NCBI GenBank assembly: GCA_041594435.1
Contig: JBFHME010000001.1
Span: forward strand, 716-64,715
Length of the DNA stretch: 64,000 nt
Origin: Acidimicrobiales bacterium
GTDB lineage: Bacteria > Actinomycetota > Acidimicrobiia > Acidimicrobiales > SZUA-35
Reading direction: 5' to 3'
Shown: positions 9,598 to 17,858 of the stretch, piece after piece
How positions within the stretch are numbered: the first letter of the stretch is position 1
Layout: each line of letters starts with the position of its first letter
Made by a program: the position numbers and the translations under genes
Notes under the pieces: generated by a model
Seen by the model: the letters and a program-made list of their open reading frames with translations, nothing else
Databases searched by the model: none
What the model was told of the DNA's origin: nothing

Positions 9598-10110
9598 TCA
9601 ACGTCGAGGTTCGGTTGGTGATCCGGTCAGTGCACGGGCGATCTGGCGCGTCCACCCTTCGATCTCCTCCCAATCGCGGAGATCGCTGTCATGCGCACCG
9701 ACCCAACGGGCCATGAAACGCTCCTTGGTCGGCAGGCGGTCCAAGTCGAGCCGGCCACCGAAGAGCCGGTGCTCGACGGCTTCGGTCAACTCGAGGAGAC
9801 GGTCGACGACCTCAGAACGGATCGGTTCGGCCGGTGTGGCCGGACCGAACGGTCCACTGCTGAACAACCAGGTCGGCTTGGACCGGAGCTCCTCACCATG
9901 CTCTTCGACGAACGTGACGGCCGAATCGAGCCAGTCGCCGAAATAGAGGCTGCTGCCGATGATGTGGGCGTCGTAGGGCGACAGGTTGAACATCTGGTCG
10001 GGCTGGCTGACGTCGACGTCGAATCCTTCGGCTCGTAGGGTCTTGGCCATCGCTCGGCCGATCTCGGCGGTGCCGCCGAATCGGCTGGCGGGGACGATGA
10101 GCACTCGCAT
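9598..10110 (-). CDS. Flavodoxin-like domain protein (HemG/Flavodoxin_5-like)
   Basis: MRVLIVPASRFGGTAEIGRAMAKTL...IIGSSLYFGDWL pattern. Start taken at ATG 10110 rather than the track start 10134. Confidence 0.78.
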   Translation of the reverse strand: MRVLIVPASRFGGTAEIGRAMAKTLRAEGFDVDVSQPDQMFNLSPYDAHIIGSSLYFGDWLDSAVTFVEEHGEELRSKPTWLFSSGPFGPATPAEPIRSEVVDRLLELTEAVEHRLFGGRLDLDRLPTKERFMARWVGAHDSDLRDWEEIEGWTRQIARALTGSPTEPRR

Positions 10111-10162
10111 GACGAACCTCCGATCCAGATTCAACCATCACCCGAAATGTCGGATCAGGCCA

Positions 10163-10177
10163 GGGACCTTGGGCCCT
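10163..10177 (+). promoter_or_regulatory. Candidate operator box d (GGGACCTTGGGCCCT)
   Basis: Lies in the divergent flavodoxin-like / lipoprotein intergenic region. Confidence 0.4.
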
Positions 10178-10237
10178 TACCGGCATCGGCCGACCGGATC
10201 GATGTTTCGTTCGCCGCCCGCCCAGCGGTCTGAAAGC

Positions 10238-10252
10238 GGGACTTAGGGCTCT
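10238..10252 (+). promoter_or_regulatory. Candidate operator box e (GGGACTTAGGGCTCT)
   Basis: 34 nt upstream of the lipoprotein ATG 10287. Confidence 0.4.
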
Positions 10253-10286
10253 GGCGCCGGTTCAGGCTCGGGAGCACGCTGGACGT

Positions 10287-11120
10287 ATGACCAGCGAACC
10301 GTACCCACGCCGGTGGGTGATCGCTGTGATCGCCGCACTCGCCATCCTCATCGGTGCCTGCGCCGACGAGGGTGACGAGGCCACGACGACAAGCGACAGC
10401 ACCGAGGAAACCACATCGACCACCTCCGACTCGGTCACCACGGCGTCGACCGACTCGACGACGACCTCGACGACCTCGACCGAGTCGACGAACACGACGG
10501 CGTCGACCGACTCGACGGCCACCACGGCCACCACCGCCGGCTTGCCGGGGGAGGAAATCAGCGGGTATGTCACCGACGGTGACGTCCTCGGGGTCGTGGC
10601 GGTTCGCCACGACGACGTTCTCAACATCCGGGCCCTGCCGGGAACCAACCAGCGGGTTGTGACCACGGCCGACCCCACCGATGTCGATCTGGTGGCGACC
10701 GGTCGAGCCCGCCTGCTACCGAGGTCGATCTGGTGGGAGGTTGAGCATCGCGGCAGGACCGGATGGGCCAGCAGCCGATTCCTCGGTCACGTCGCCGGTA
10801 CCGACGACGTCACGGCGGCCTTCCTGGCCGACTACGGCGAGAGGCCGGTGGCCGAAACGCTCGTCGAGCTGGGTGAACTGGTGGCCGCCGAGTTCGCCTC
10901 GGTGGATCCCCCGTCGCGGATCGTGTTGACCGTCGGCCCCTCTGTTGGTGATCTCGGCGAGGTCACCTACGACGTGATCGGCCTCGGCGACGACTCCGTT
11001 CTCGGTTTCCGCCTGCACCTGTTCGCAGTCCAGCTTGACGACGGCGAGAGCTTCGAGCTGCGGACGATCGAGCAGACGCTGTTCTGTGCCCGAGGGACCA
11101 GCGGGGAGATTTGCGTTTGA
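10287..11120 (+). CDS. Putative lipoprotein with Thr/Ser-rich linker and SH3b-like domain
   Basis: Signal peptide with lipobox-like LIGAC, a 55-aa T/S/D linker, then VLNIRALPGTNQRVV...WWEVEHRGRTGWASSRFL (bacterial SH3-like). Confidence 0.7.
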   Translation: MTSEPYPRRWVIAVIAALAILIGACADEGDEATTTSDSTEETTSTTSDSVTTASTDSTTTSTTSTESTNTTASTDSTATTATTAGLPGEEISGYVTDGDVLGVVAVRHDDVLNIRALPGTNQRVVTTADPTDVDLVATGRARLLPRSIWWEVEHRGRTGWASSRFLGHVAGTDDVTAAFLADYGERPVAETLVELGELVAAEFASVDPPSRIVLTVGPSVGDLGEVTYDVIGLGDDSVLGFRLHLFAVQLDDGESFELRTIEQTLFCARGTSGEICV

Positions 11121-11160
11121 CGCCGTAGAGCTCCACCGGTTCGCCGCCGTCTGAGTCCCG

Positions 11161-13527
11161 TTGGCCTCAAACACGGGGCCTTTCGGTCGATGGACCTCTG
11201 AAATGGCTCTTTCCACTCCGCCTGCCATCGAGGCCGACAGGTTTGCCGTGAACACCGTCCATCGCACGGTGCTCATCGTGGGTCGTGACGACAAACGGCG
11301 GAGGGCATTGGAGCGCGCCGTCGAAGCCGGGGGCTGGTTGCCACTGTCCGTTTCCAGCGCCTCGGAGGCCTTGACCGCGCTCGAATCGGTGCCACCCAGT
11401 CTTGTCGTCCTCGCCGTCACCGAGCCGGACGGGCCCGAGTTCAAGGTTCTCGACGAGCTGCGAGCCGACCCCGACGGCGAGCGGGTACCGGCGGTTGTGG
11501 TGCTCTGGCGGCGGGACCGGGCAATCGTGCTCGAAGCGTTCGGCCGCCGAGCCGACGACGTCATCAGCGGCCGCGTTTCGAACGAGGAGCTCGTTGCCCG
11601 CTTGGCCGTCCGCATGGACCGGCCACCACTTCCCCGATCCGAGCTGGTCAAGGACCCGGTTACGGGCGCCGTCAACCCCGAGGCCCTGGAGCGGCAGACC
11701 GAACTCGAACTCGAACGGGTCTCGCGCCGCGGCCGGGTGGGCACCCTGGCGTATCTCGCCCTCGATGAGCTACCGGGCCTGCAGGCCCAGCTGGGGCCAC
11801 GGGCTCGTGACGAGTTGCTCGCCCAGGTCGTTCGCCTGGTCGAAGCCGATGGCCGCCAGCTCGATCACATCGGGTTCGACCGGGGGGTTTTGGCCCTGCT
11901 GCTGCCCGGCACACCCGCCAAGGGCGCCCAGATTCGACTCGAACGCCTTTCGAGAATCATTCATGGGCACGAGTTCTCGGTCACCGGAAACCCCGTACGC
12001 CTGACGCCGCTCATCGGCCACACACAGCTCGAAGCGGGTCTTTCCCGCGAGGAGCTGGAGGACCGGGCGTGGACGGCGCTGTCGTACGAGGCGGATCAAC
12101 TCGATCTCCATCCAACGCGATGGCAGCCGGCCATGTCCGGGGAGCAGGACGATTTCGGTCCCGTCCGAGCCGTCCTGGAGCGGCTCCGCACACCGCTTCA
12201 GGTCGCCGTCCAGCAGCTCACCTGTCTGGTGGTGCCGTTCTGTGCGTACGTCATTCTCGACCGTTTCGGTCTCGACATCACCGGTGCCGTCTACCTGTCG
12301 CTCGTCGCCGCCCTGGGGTTCACGACCACCCTGCTCTGGTTCGAGTGCCTGGCCGCCCGACACCGGCCCGAGCCGCCGCCACCGCCATCGGGCGAGCCGC
12401 CCAAGGCGTCGGCCATCATCGCCGCGTATCTGCCGAATGAGGCCGAGACGATCGTCGAAACCGTCGAGGCGTTCCTCGCCACCGACTATCCCGACCTGCA
12501 GATCATCCTCGCCTACAACACACCGCGTCCGATGCCGGTCGAACGCGAGTTGATTGCGATCGCCGAGCGGGACCCGCGCTTCGAGCCACTACGGGTCGAG
12601 GGTTCGGTGAGCAAGGCCCAGAACGTGAACGCCGCGGTCACCCGAGTTCGGGGGGAGTTCGTCGGCATGTTCGACGCCGACCACCACCCTCGACCGGGAT
12701 CCTTCCACCGAGCGTGGCGATGGCTGGCCGGCGGAGTTGACGTCGTCCAGGGGCACTGTGTCGTACGCAACGGCGGTCAGAACTGGCTGACCCGGCTGGT
12801 CGCCGCCGAGTTCGAGGTCATCTACGCCGTATCCCACCCCGGCCGGGCCCGCCTGCATTCGTTCGGGATCTTCGGCGGATCCAACGGCTACTGGCGAACC
12901 GAGCTGTTGGAGCGCACCCGGATGCGGGGGTTCATGCTCACCGAGGACATCGATTCGTCGCTTCGAGTCGTGACCGACGGGGGCCGAATCGTGTCCGACC
13001 CGGGGCTGACCTCGACCGAACTTGCGCCCGACACGGTCGGGGCACTGTGGAACCAGCGGCTGCGGTGGGCCCAGGGTTGGTCCCAGGTGTCGCTACGTCA
13101 TCTGCCTCGAATGACGCGGGGGTCGCTCAGCCTCCGTCAACGCTTGGGGGCGATTCACCTGCTCGGGTGGCGCGAGATCTATCCCTGGATGTCCCAGCAG
13201 ATTGCGCCGCTGTTCGTCTTCTGGTTTCTACGGGGCAGCCCGCCCATCGACTGGTTTGTGCCCGTGTTCGTGGTGACCACCGTGTTCACGCTGTCGATCG
13301 GCCCGGCCGAGACCTGGTTCGCCTGGCGTTTCGCCGATCCGTTGATCAAACGGAATCCACGCTGGTTCCTGCTCTACATGGTCATGTCCCTCCTCCCCTA
13401 CACGGAGGCGAAAAACGTCGTGGCCCGTACCGCCCACATCAAGGAGATCATGCGGGAACGAAAGTGGAAGGTGACTCCACGGTCCGTCGGCGCCGCTTCG
13501 AAGGCCTTGGATCATCAGTCGATCTGA
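11161..13527 (+). CDS. Pseudo-receiver / degenerate-GGDEF / family-2 processive glycosyltransferase fusion (exopolysaccharide synthase-like)
   Basis: GT2 motifs: FDADH (DxD), LTEDIDSS (TED), QRLRWAQGW (QxxRW), flanked by TM segments. The N terminus is REC-like with the acceptor Asp position occupied by Ala (SLVVLAVTEPDG). The GGDEF-like domain has DRGVL in place of GGDEF. Start uncertain (TTG 11161 or ATG 11203). Confidence 0.8.
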   Translation: MASNTGPFGRWTSEMALSTPPAIEADRFAVNTVHRTVLIVGRDDKRRRALERAVEAGGWLPLSVSSASEALTALESVPPSLVVLAVTEPDGPEFKVLDELRADPDGERVPAVVVLWRRDRAIVLEAFGRRADDVISGRVSNEELVARLAVRMDRPPLPRSELVKDPVTGAVNPEALERQTELELERVSRRGRVGTLAYLALDELPGLQAQLGPRARDELLAQVVRLVEADGRQLDHIGFDRGVLALLLPGTPAKGAQIRLERLSRIIHGHEFSVTGNPVRLTPLIGHTQLEAGLSREELEDRAWTALSYEADQLDLHPTRWQPAMSGEQDDFGPVRAVLERLRTPLQVAVQQLTCLVVPFCAYVILDRFGLDITGAVYLSLVAALGFTTTLLWFECLAARHRPEPPPPPSGEPPKASAIIAAYLPNEAETIVETVEAFLATDYPDLQIILAYNTPRPMPVERELIAIAERDPRFEPLRVEGSVSKAQNVNAAVTRVRGEFVGMFDADHHPRPGSFHRAWRWLAGGVDVVQGHCVVRNGGQNWLTRLVAAEFEVIYAVSHPGRARLHSFGIFGGSNGYWRTELLERTRMRGFMLTEDIDSSLRVVTDGGRIVSDPGLTSTELAPDTVGALWNQRLRWAQGWSQVSLRHLPRMTRGSLSLRQRLGAIHLLGWREIYPWMSQQIAPLFVFWFLRGSPPIDWFVPVFVVTTVFTLSIGPAETWFAWRFADPLIKRNPRWFLLYMVMSLLPYTEAKNVVARTAHIKEIMRERKWKVTPRSVGAASKALDHQSI

Positions 13528-13768
13528 TCCTCATGGTCCCGGGCCGGCTGCGCCCCTGGAGCCGAGGACCTGACGATTGTGGTTCGGGGCGGTCAGCGGC
13601 GAAATCGCCGTCGCTGGCTGTCGGAGTGACTCGTTCTGACCCAAGGCTGATTCCTCCGTGGTTTGGTCTCGAGTCCCTGCCGCTCCCGGCGTCGGTCGAG
13701 CCGGCCGAAAACGCGAATGTCACGAAGCCAGGTGGCGAACTTGCGGTTTGCGGTCACGATCCTTCCTC

Positions 13769-14464
13769 TCAGATGCCCATGCCGCTCAGGTGGTGGGCAA
13801 CGTCGTTGATCGCTGCGGTCAACGATGGGTGGTCGGTTTCGAACCGGTGCAGAGCGTCGAGCAATCGCTGATCGAGGCGACTGCGATCGGTCTCGGTCGG
13901 GTCGGGGAGGCGACCGAGTGCCGCCTCCCTCAGCTCGGACAGTTCGTCAACCTCGTCGGTACGGTCGATGAGATCGACCAGACGATCAACGGCGGCGACG
14001 AAACCCGGATGACTCGGTCCGGGACCGCTTGGCAGGACCAGGACCGGCCGGTCGACGACCTTGAGCAATGCCGAGGTGACGCTGTCCAGTCTGGGCCGGC
14101 CTTCGAGATCGTGCCGACGTGCGACGACCACGATCATCGCCGACCGCCACTCCTCGGCCTCGGCCAGAATCACATCGACCGGCGGGCCGACCAGTGTTGC
14201 AACCCGAGCGTCGATGCCGTCGTCCACGAAGGTTTGGGCCGACTCGGTCAGGCGTCGGCCGACCTCGTCGATTTCGTCGGCGGTCGACTCCTGTGGAACC
14301 GCGTTGACCAGCACGAGCGGCCATCCGGTGGCCAGGGCCAGGGTCTTGATCACCGAGGTCGGAGGTGGCGGGCTGGGAGGATCGATGGCCACGAGGATCG
14401 ACGAGGCGTCGACGTCTGGCACTCGATCGTCCCACTGGTTATCGGTGTCGTGCGTGTCCGGCAT
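13769..14464 (-). CDS. USP domain protein with C-terminal DUF4404-like tail
   Basis: USP-like core (ILVAIDPP...MIVVVARRHD...RPVLVLP). C terminus RFETDHPSLTAAINDVAHHLSGMGI matches my recollection of the DUF4404 ending. Confidence 0.78.
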   Translation of the reverse strand: MPDTHDTDNQWDDRVPDVDASSILVAIDPPSPPPPTSVIKTLALATGWPLVLVNAVPQESTADEIDEVGRRLTESAQTFVDDGIDARVATLVGPPVDVILAEAEEWRSAMIVVVARRHDLEGRPRLDSVTSALLKVVDRPVLVLPSGPGPSHPGFVAAVDRLVDLIDRTDEVDELSELREAALGRLPDPTETDRSRLDQRLLDALHRFETDHPSLTAAINDVAHHLSGMGI

Positions 14465-14495
14465 GTTCAGGTCGCTCCTTGTCGTCGTCTCGCCG

Positions 14496-16211
14496 TCATC
14501 GTCTCGCCAACTCGTCGACGAACGGTATGACGATCGGTCCGTCGGCCCCGAGAATCACGAGCACATCGTCGTCGGCTCGATCGGTGAGTTGCCGATCGAG
14601 GTCGACGATGTCGATCGGTCCCTCCTGGTGGTCGGTGCGGTGCCAGTGGACGACCGACGCCCCACTCGTCTCGGCCAGATGCCGGGCCAGTCCCGGATGG
14701 TCGGCCGCCACGAGCACCACCCGTCGGCCGGGCAGGTCCGGTTCGACCGGTTCCGGCGGCGCTGCCGGCCTCCCGGCGCCCGGTCGCTCCGATCGATACA
14801 CCCGATAGTGGTACCAGGCCGCTGCGGTTACCGTCGCCAGGATGGCCAGCCCCACGCGATCGTCGTGCAGCGTCTGACGGGAAAGACTGCCGTCGAGCAC
14901 ATCCTCGATCGTGGTGAACAGCACCGCCACTGCGCTGACCAGCACCAGAAGACCACCCACCCCGAACAAGGTGAAGAGGTAGACGCGCCTGACGGGCGAG
15001 TTGGTCTCGCCGGGTGGGTCGGCGCGAACATTCCGTTCGATCCGAGACCAGAACCAGGCCCAGACCGGTCCCGCGACGGCGACCATCGTGGCCCCCGCGA
15101 TCGCAACGTTGGCCACAGATCCCGGTCCGTCGTCGAACACGGCGACCAGGAGCGTCGCCACACCCACGACGGTGGCAACAAGTGACGCCAGCGCAAGCAG
15201 GTAGTCGTGGATCCGGATCGCCATACCCCGGTCGGGATCCGGCCCGAGCTCCCAGCGGTGGTACAGCCAGCACGCCAGCCCGGTGACCACCACACCGGCC
15301 AGAACCGGCAGCGAGTCGAAGTGACGCACTGCCGTGGCGGCGTCCGGGTTCCCGAGGAACCAGACCCCGACGCTGTCGACAGCGGCCGCCACCCCCACGA
15401 TGGTGGCCACGAATCCGGCGAGAGCCCCGATGGGTAGCACGGTGACGTACCATGTTTCCGTTCGACGCGACCGCCGGTAGTGGTTCAACCAGTACCAGGC
15501 CCAGGTGGCGCCCCCGACCGCGGCGAGGGCCACGAAGTAGGCAAGGCCCGGGTCCGTTGGCGCCGGCGACGGGTCGTCGGTGACGGCGTCGTAGAGCGCA
15601 TCGGCGGCGAGGTAGCCCATCCCGCCAAGGCCGACGGCAAGCGGCACGAGTCCAGCGATCGTACCGATCGCCAGGTGTAGGTCACCGAGGATTCCGTGGC
15701 GCCGCCGCGGCCCGAACCAGTGGCCAGCCCACACACCGCCCCAGACGGCGGCGGCGACGAAGTTGGACGTCTCGAAGGTCCGCTCGTCCCCCGAGGAGAG
15801 TGCTTCGTGGAGGAAGGCCTGGCCCTCGATGAGGAGGCCGAAGACGGAGGTGGCCAGGACGGCGTTGAGATACACCGTCCAGGCCAGGGCTCCACGCTCC
15901 TCCCACCCCGAGGCGAGACGTCGATCGATGTAGCGGCCGAGCAGGGCGGTCACCGGCAGTCCGACGATCAGGAAGCTCATGGCCCGGGCCAATGCGGTGT
16001 TGGACCGCCGGTCCGATTCGATCAGCTCGCGGGTCAGCTCGATGACGCCCTGGGCGGTCAGGATCACCGTGGCGTACAGCAGCCCGTAGAGGAACAGCCT
16101 CCGGACCATCGCCGCCGGATCCCGAGCGTCGGCGCCTGGATGCCGGGTGACCCGGATGATCAGCCAGACGGCGAGGAGGGCGATGACGAGCGTTGAGAGG
16201 CCGACCAGCAT
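14496..16211 (-). CDS. Polytopic membrane protein built from repeated two-helix units, with small C-terminal soluble domain
   Basis: About 13 TM segments. The Trp/Tyr-rich helix end plus Arg cluster recurs: VWGGVWAGHWFGPRRR, TWAWYWLNHYRRSRR, CWLYHRWE, VWAWFWSRIER, AAWYHYRVYRSER. Confidence 0.75.
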   Translation of the reverse strand: MLVGLSTLVIALLAVWLIIRVTRHPGADARDPAAMVRRLFLYGLLYATVILTAQGVIELTRELIESDRRSNTALARAMSFLIVGLPVTALLGRYIDRRLASGWEERGALAWTVYLNAVLATSVFGLLIEGQAFLHEALSSGDERTFETSNFVAAAVWGGVWAGHWFGPRRRHGILGDLHLAIGTIAGLVPLAVGLGGMGYLAADALYDAVTDDPSPAPTDPGLAYFVALAAVGGATWAWYWLNHYRRSRRTETWYVTVLPIGALAGFVATIVGVAAAVDSVGVWFLGNPDAATAVRHFDSLPVLAGVVVTGLACWLYHRWELGPDPDRGMAIRIHDYLLALASLVATVVGVATLLVAVFDDGPGSVANVAIAGATMVAVAGPVWAWFWSRIERNVRADPPGETNSPVRRVYLFTLFGVGGLLVLVSAVAVLFTTIEDVLDGSLSRQTLHDDRVGLAILATVTAAAWYHYRVYRSERPGAGRPAAPPEPVEPDLPGRRVVLVAADHPGLARHLAETSGASVVHWHRTDHQEGPIDIVDLDRQLTDRADDDVLVILGADGPIVIPFVDELARR

Positions 16212-16220
16212 TGCCGCCTC

Positions 16221-17645
16221 CTACTCCCGCTCCTCGTCGGCCGGGTTGATGAGGCCGTAGTGGCCGTCGTAACGGCGGTAGACGACGTTGCCCCGGCCGC
16301 TCGTCTGATCGACGAAGAACATGAACCGGTCACCCGTCGCTTCGAGTAGATCGACCGCGTCGGACGGCCGGAGCCTCGGCGGTGGGTTCTCGGCCATCGC
16401 CACCTTCGTCACACTGTTGATCGGGCCGTGCTCGGCCGGTTGCCGGAACTGGATCACCAGCGCGCCGTGGCCGTCGCCCGTCAAGACGGCATCGTCGCCG
16501 GTATCGGCCTCGACGAAAAGGAGGAACTCGTAATCGAGCATCTCGAGATCCCAGGCGGCCTCGTCGATCGTCAACTCGTCTGGGGTGAACGACCGATGAC
16601 GCACGATTTCCGGTTCGTCGGGTTTCATGGCGGCCGGTTCGAGCGACTCCGATGCGATCTGCCCGGGTGCGGTTCGGGAGCCGTTGAGCGGATCACGACC
16701 CCGTTGCCGGGCTCGGCGACGACTGCGGTCGTGGCGAATCCGGACCTGGAGGCGGTCGACGACCCGGTCGATGGCCTCCGTGAACGTCGGGGCCTCGGCA
16801 TGGGCCCGGACGATCGTGCGGTCGAGATCGAGCACGACCTCGGCCATCGCCGGGCGTTCGTATGCCGGATTGTCGACGGCGGTGAGCTTGACACGCACAA
16901 ACCGAACCGGTCGGCCGACGGTGTCGACGAGGTGCCCGATGCGGGTCCGGGCGTAGCGGGTGGCGTCGTCGGCAACGGTGCCGCGGACCGCAAGCTGGAA
17001 CGGCGGTGCCGTCGCCGTTTCGTCGCCCCGGGCGCCGTCGGGTTCGATGTCGACCCACTGCTCGACGATCTCACCCCGATCGATGATGAACGACGCACCA
17101 TGATCGTCGTCGTCGCATGGGCAGTCGACTCGAACGTAGCGGCCGAGACCGTAGATGTCGGCCTTCTCCGGATCGAGACCGGCCAGCGGGGAACGCTCGA
17201 GGGCCGCCCGCAGGCGGTTCCACCCGGTGAGATCGCCGTCGGCCTGATGGAGCACGGCGTCGGGTCGGTACAGGGCGGCCGCACCGTCGAAGTCCCGATC
17301 TCCCATCGCCTCGAGCCATGCCTCGACAACGCGGAACGGGGGAGACGAACTATCGATGCCGTAGTGACGGGCTACGGTGGTCGCCACCTTGGCTCCTGGT
17401 CGCCGGGCTCCGGTCAAATCGCCGAACCGGCGCTGCCTGCGGCTGGTTCGTGTGCCTCTGCGAAGGCGCACGTCGGCCGCCGACTCGTCACCGTGATCGC
17501 GGACGAGCCGGAACTCGACCCTTGCGTTGGGTACCCTCGCCTTCGGTTCGACCTGATCGAGTGGTGCCGCCAGAGTACGGCCCCTGCGGACGATGTAAGC
17601 CACGTCCCGCTGCTCGTCGATCCGTTTCACGCGTCCAGCCGGCAT
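16221..17645 (-). CDS. Ribosome hibernation factor (S30AE/HPF, Rv0079-like with duplicated C-terminal domain) fused to an N-terminal ~210-aa extension
   Basis: S30AE-like core (FQLAVRGTV...AEVVLDLDRTIVRAHAEAPTFTEAIDRVVDRLQVRIRH). Two HPF C-terminal-like modules (MLDYEFLLFVEADTGDDAVL; FMFFVDQTSGRGNVVYRRYDGHYGLI). N-terminal beta-barrel-like and NTF2/SnoaL-like (FRVVEAWLEAMGDRDFDGAAALY) segments. Confidence 0.85.
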   Translation of the reverse strand: MPAGRVKRIDEQRDVAYIVRRGRTLAAPLDQVEPKARVPNARVEFRLVRDHGDESAADVRLRRGTRTSRRQRRFGDLTGARRPGAKVATTVARHYGIDSSSPPFRVVEAWLEAMGDRDFDGAAALYRPDAVLHQADGDLTGWNRLRAALERSPLAGLDPEKADIYGLGRYVRVDCPCDDDDHGASFIIDRGEIVEQWVDIEPDGARGDETATAPPFQLAVRGTVADDATRYARTRIGHLVDTVGRPVRFVRVKLTAVDNPAYERPAMAEVVLDLDRTIVRAHAEAPTFTEAIDRVVDRLQVRIRHDRSRRRARQRGRDPLNGSRTAPGQIASESLEPAAMKPDEPEIVRHRSFTPDELTIDEAAWDLEMLDYEFLLFVEADTGDDAVLTGDGHGALVIQFRQPAEHGPINSVTKVAMAENPPPRLRPSDAVDLLEATGDRFMFFVDQTSGRGNVVYRRYDGHYGLINPADEERE

Positions 17646-17702
17646 AGATACTCCCAGCGTCGAGTTGAGTCCTACTCTGCGCCGCTCCCTGGTGTTGGAG
17701 AA

Positions 17703-17717
17703 GGGTCATTGGTCCCT
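17703..17717 (+). promoter_or_regulatory. Candidate operator box c (GGGTCATTGGTCCCT; extended GAAGGGTCATTGGTCCCTTC)
   Basis: A 20-bp pseudo-palindrome 57 nt upstream of the HPF-fusion gene start (17645, minus strand). Confidence 0.5.
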
Positions 17718-17757
17718 TCGTCGGTCGCCGGCGGCCACGACCGCCCTCCGGACGGTT

Positions 17758-17772
17758 GGGACCTCCGGCCCT
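17758..17772 (+). promoter_or_regulatory. Candidate operator box h (GGGACCTCCGGCCCT)
   Basis: 86 nt upstream of the CoA-binding gene ATG 17859. Confidence 0.4.
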
Positions 17773-17858
17773 GCCCATCGACAAACCAACAGACGACGAT
17801 GATCAACAACGATCGCTCTGCCATCGTTCAACCGAATCCGCTTGTGAGGAGGACCATC

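Noticed and set aside
13664-13677. Box-like sequence GGGACTCGAGACCA (minus strand) resembling the recurrent operator motif
   Set aside because: It deviates at the 3' half (GACCA followed by A, not T). It also lies in a convergent 3'-3' intergenic region with no gene to regulate. I keep it as an example that weak matches occur by chance.
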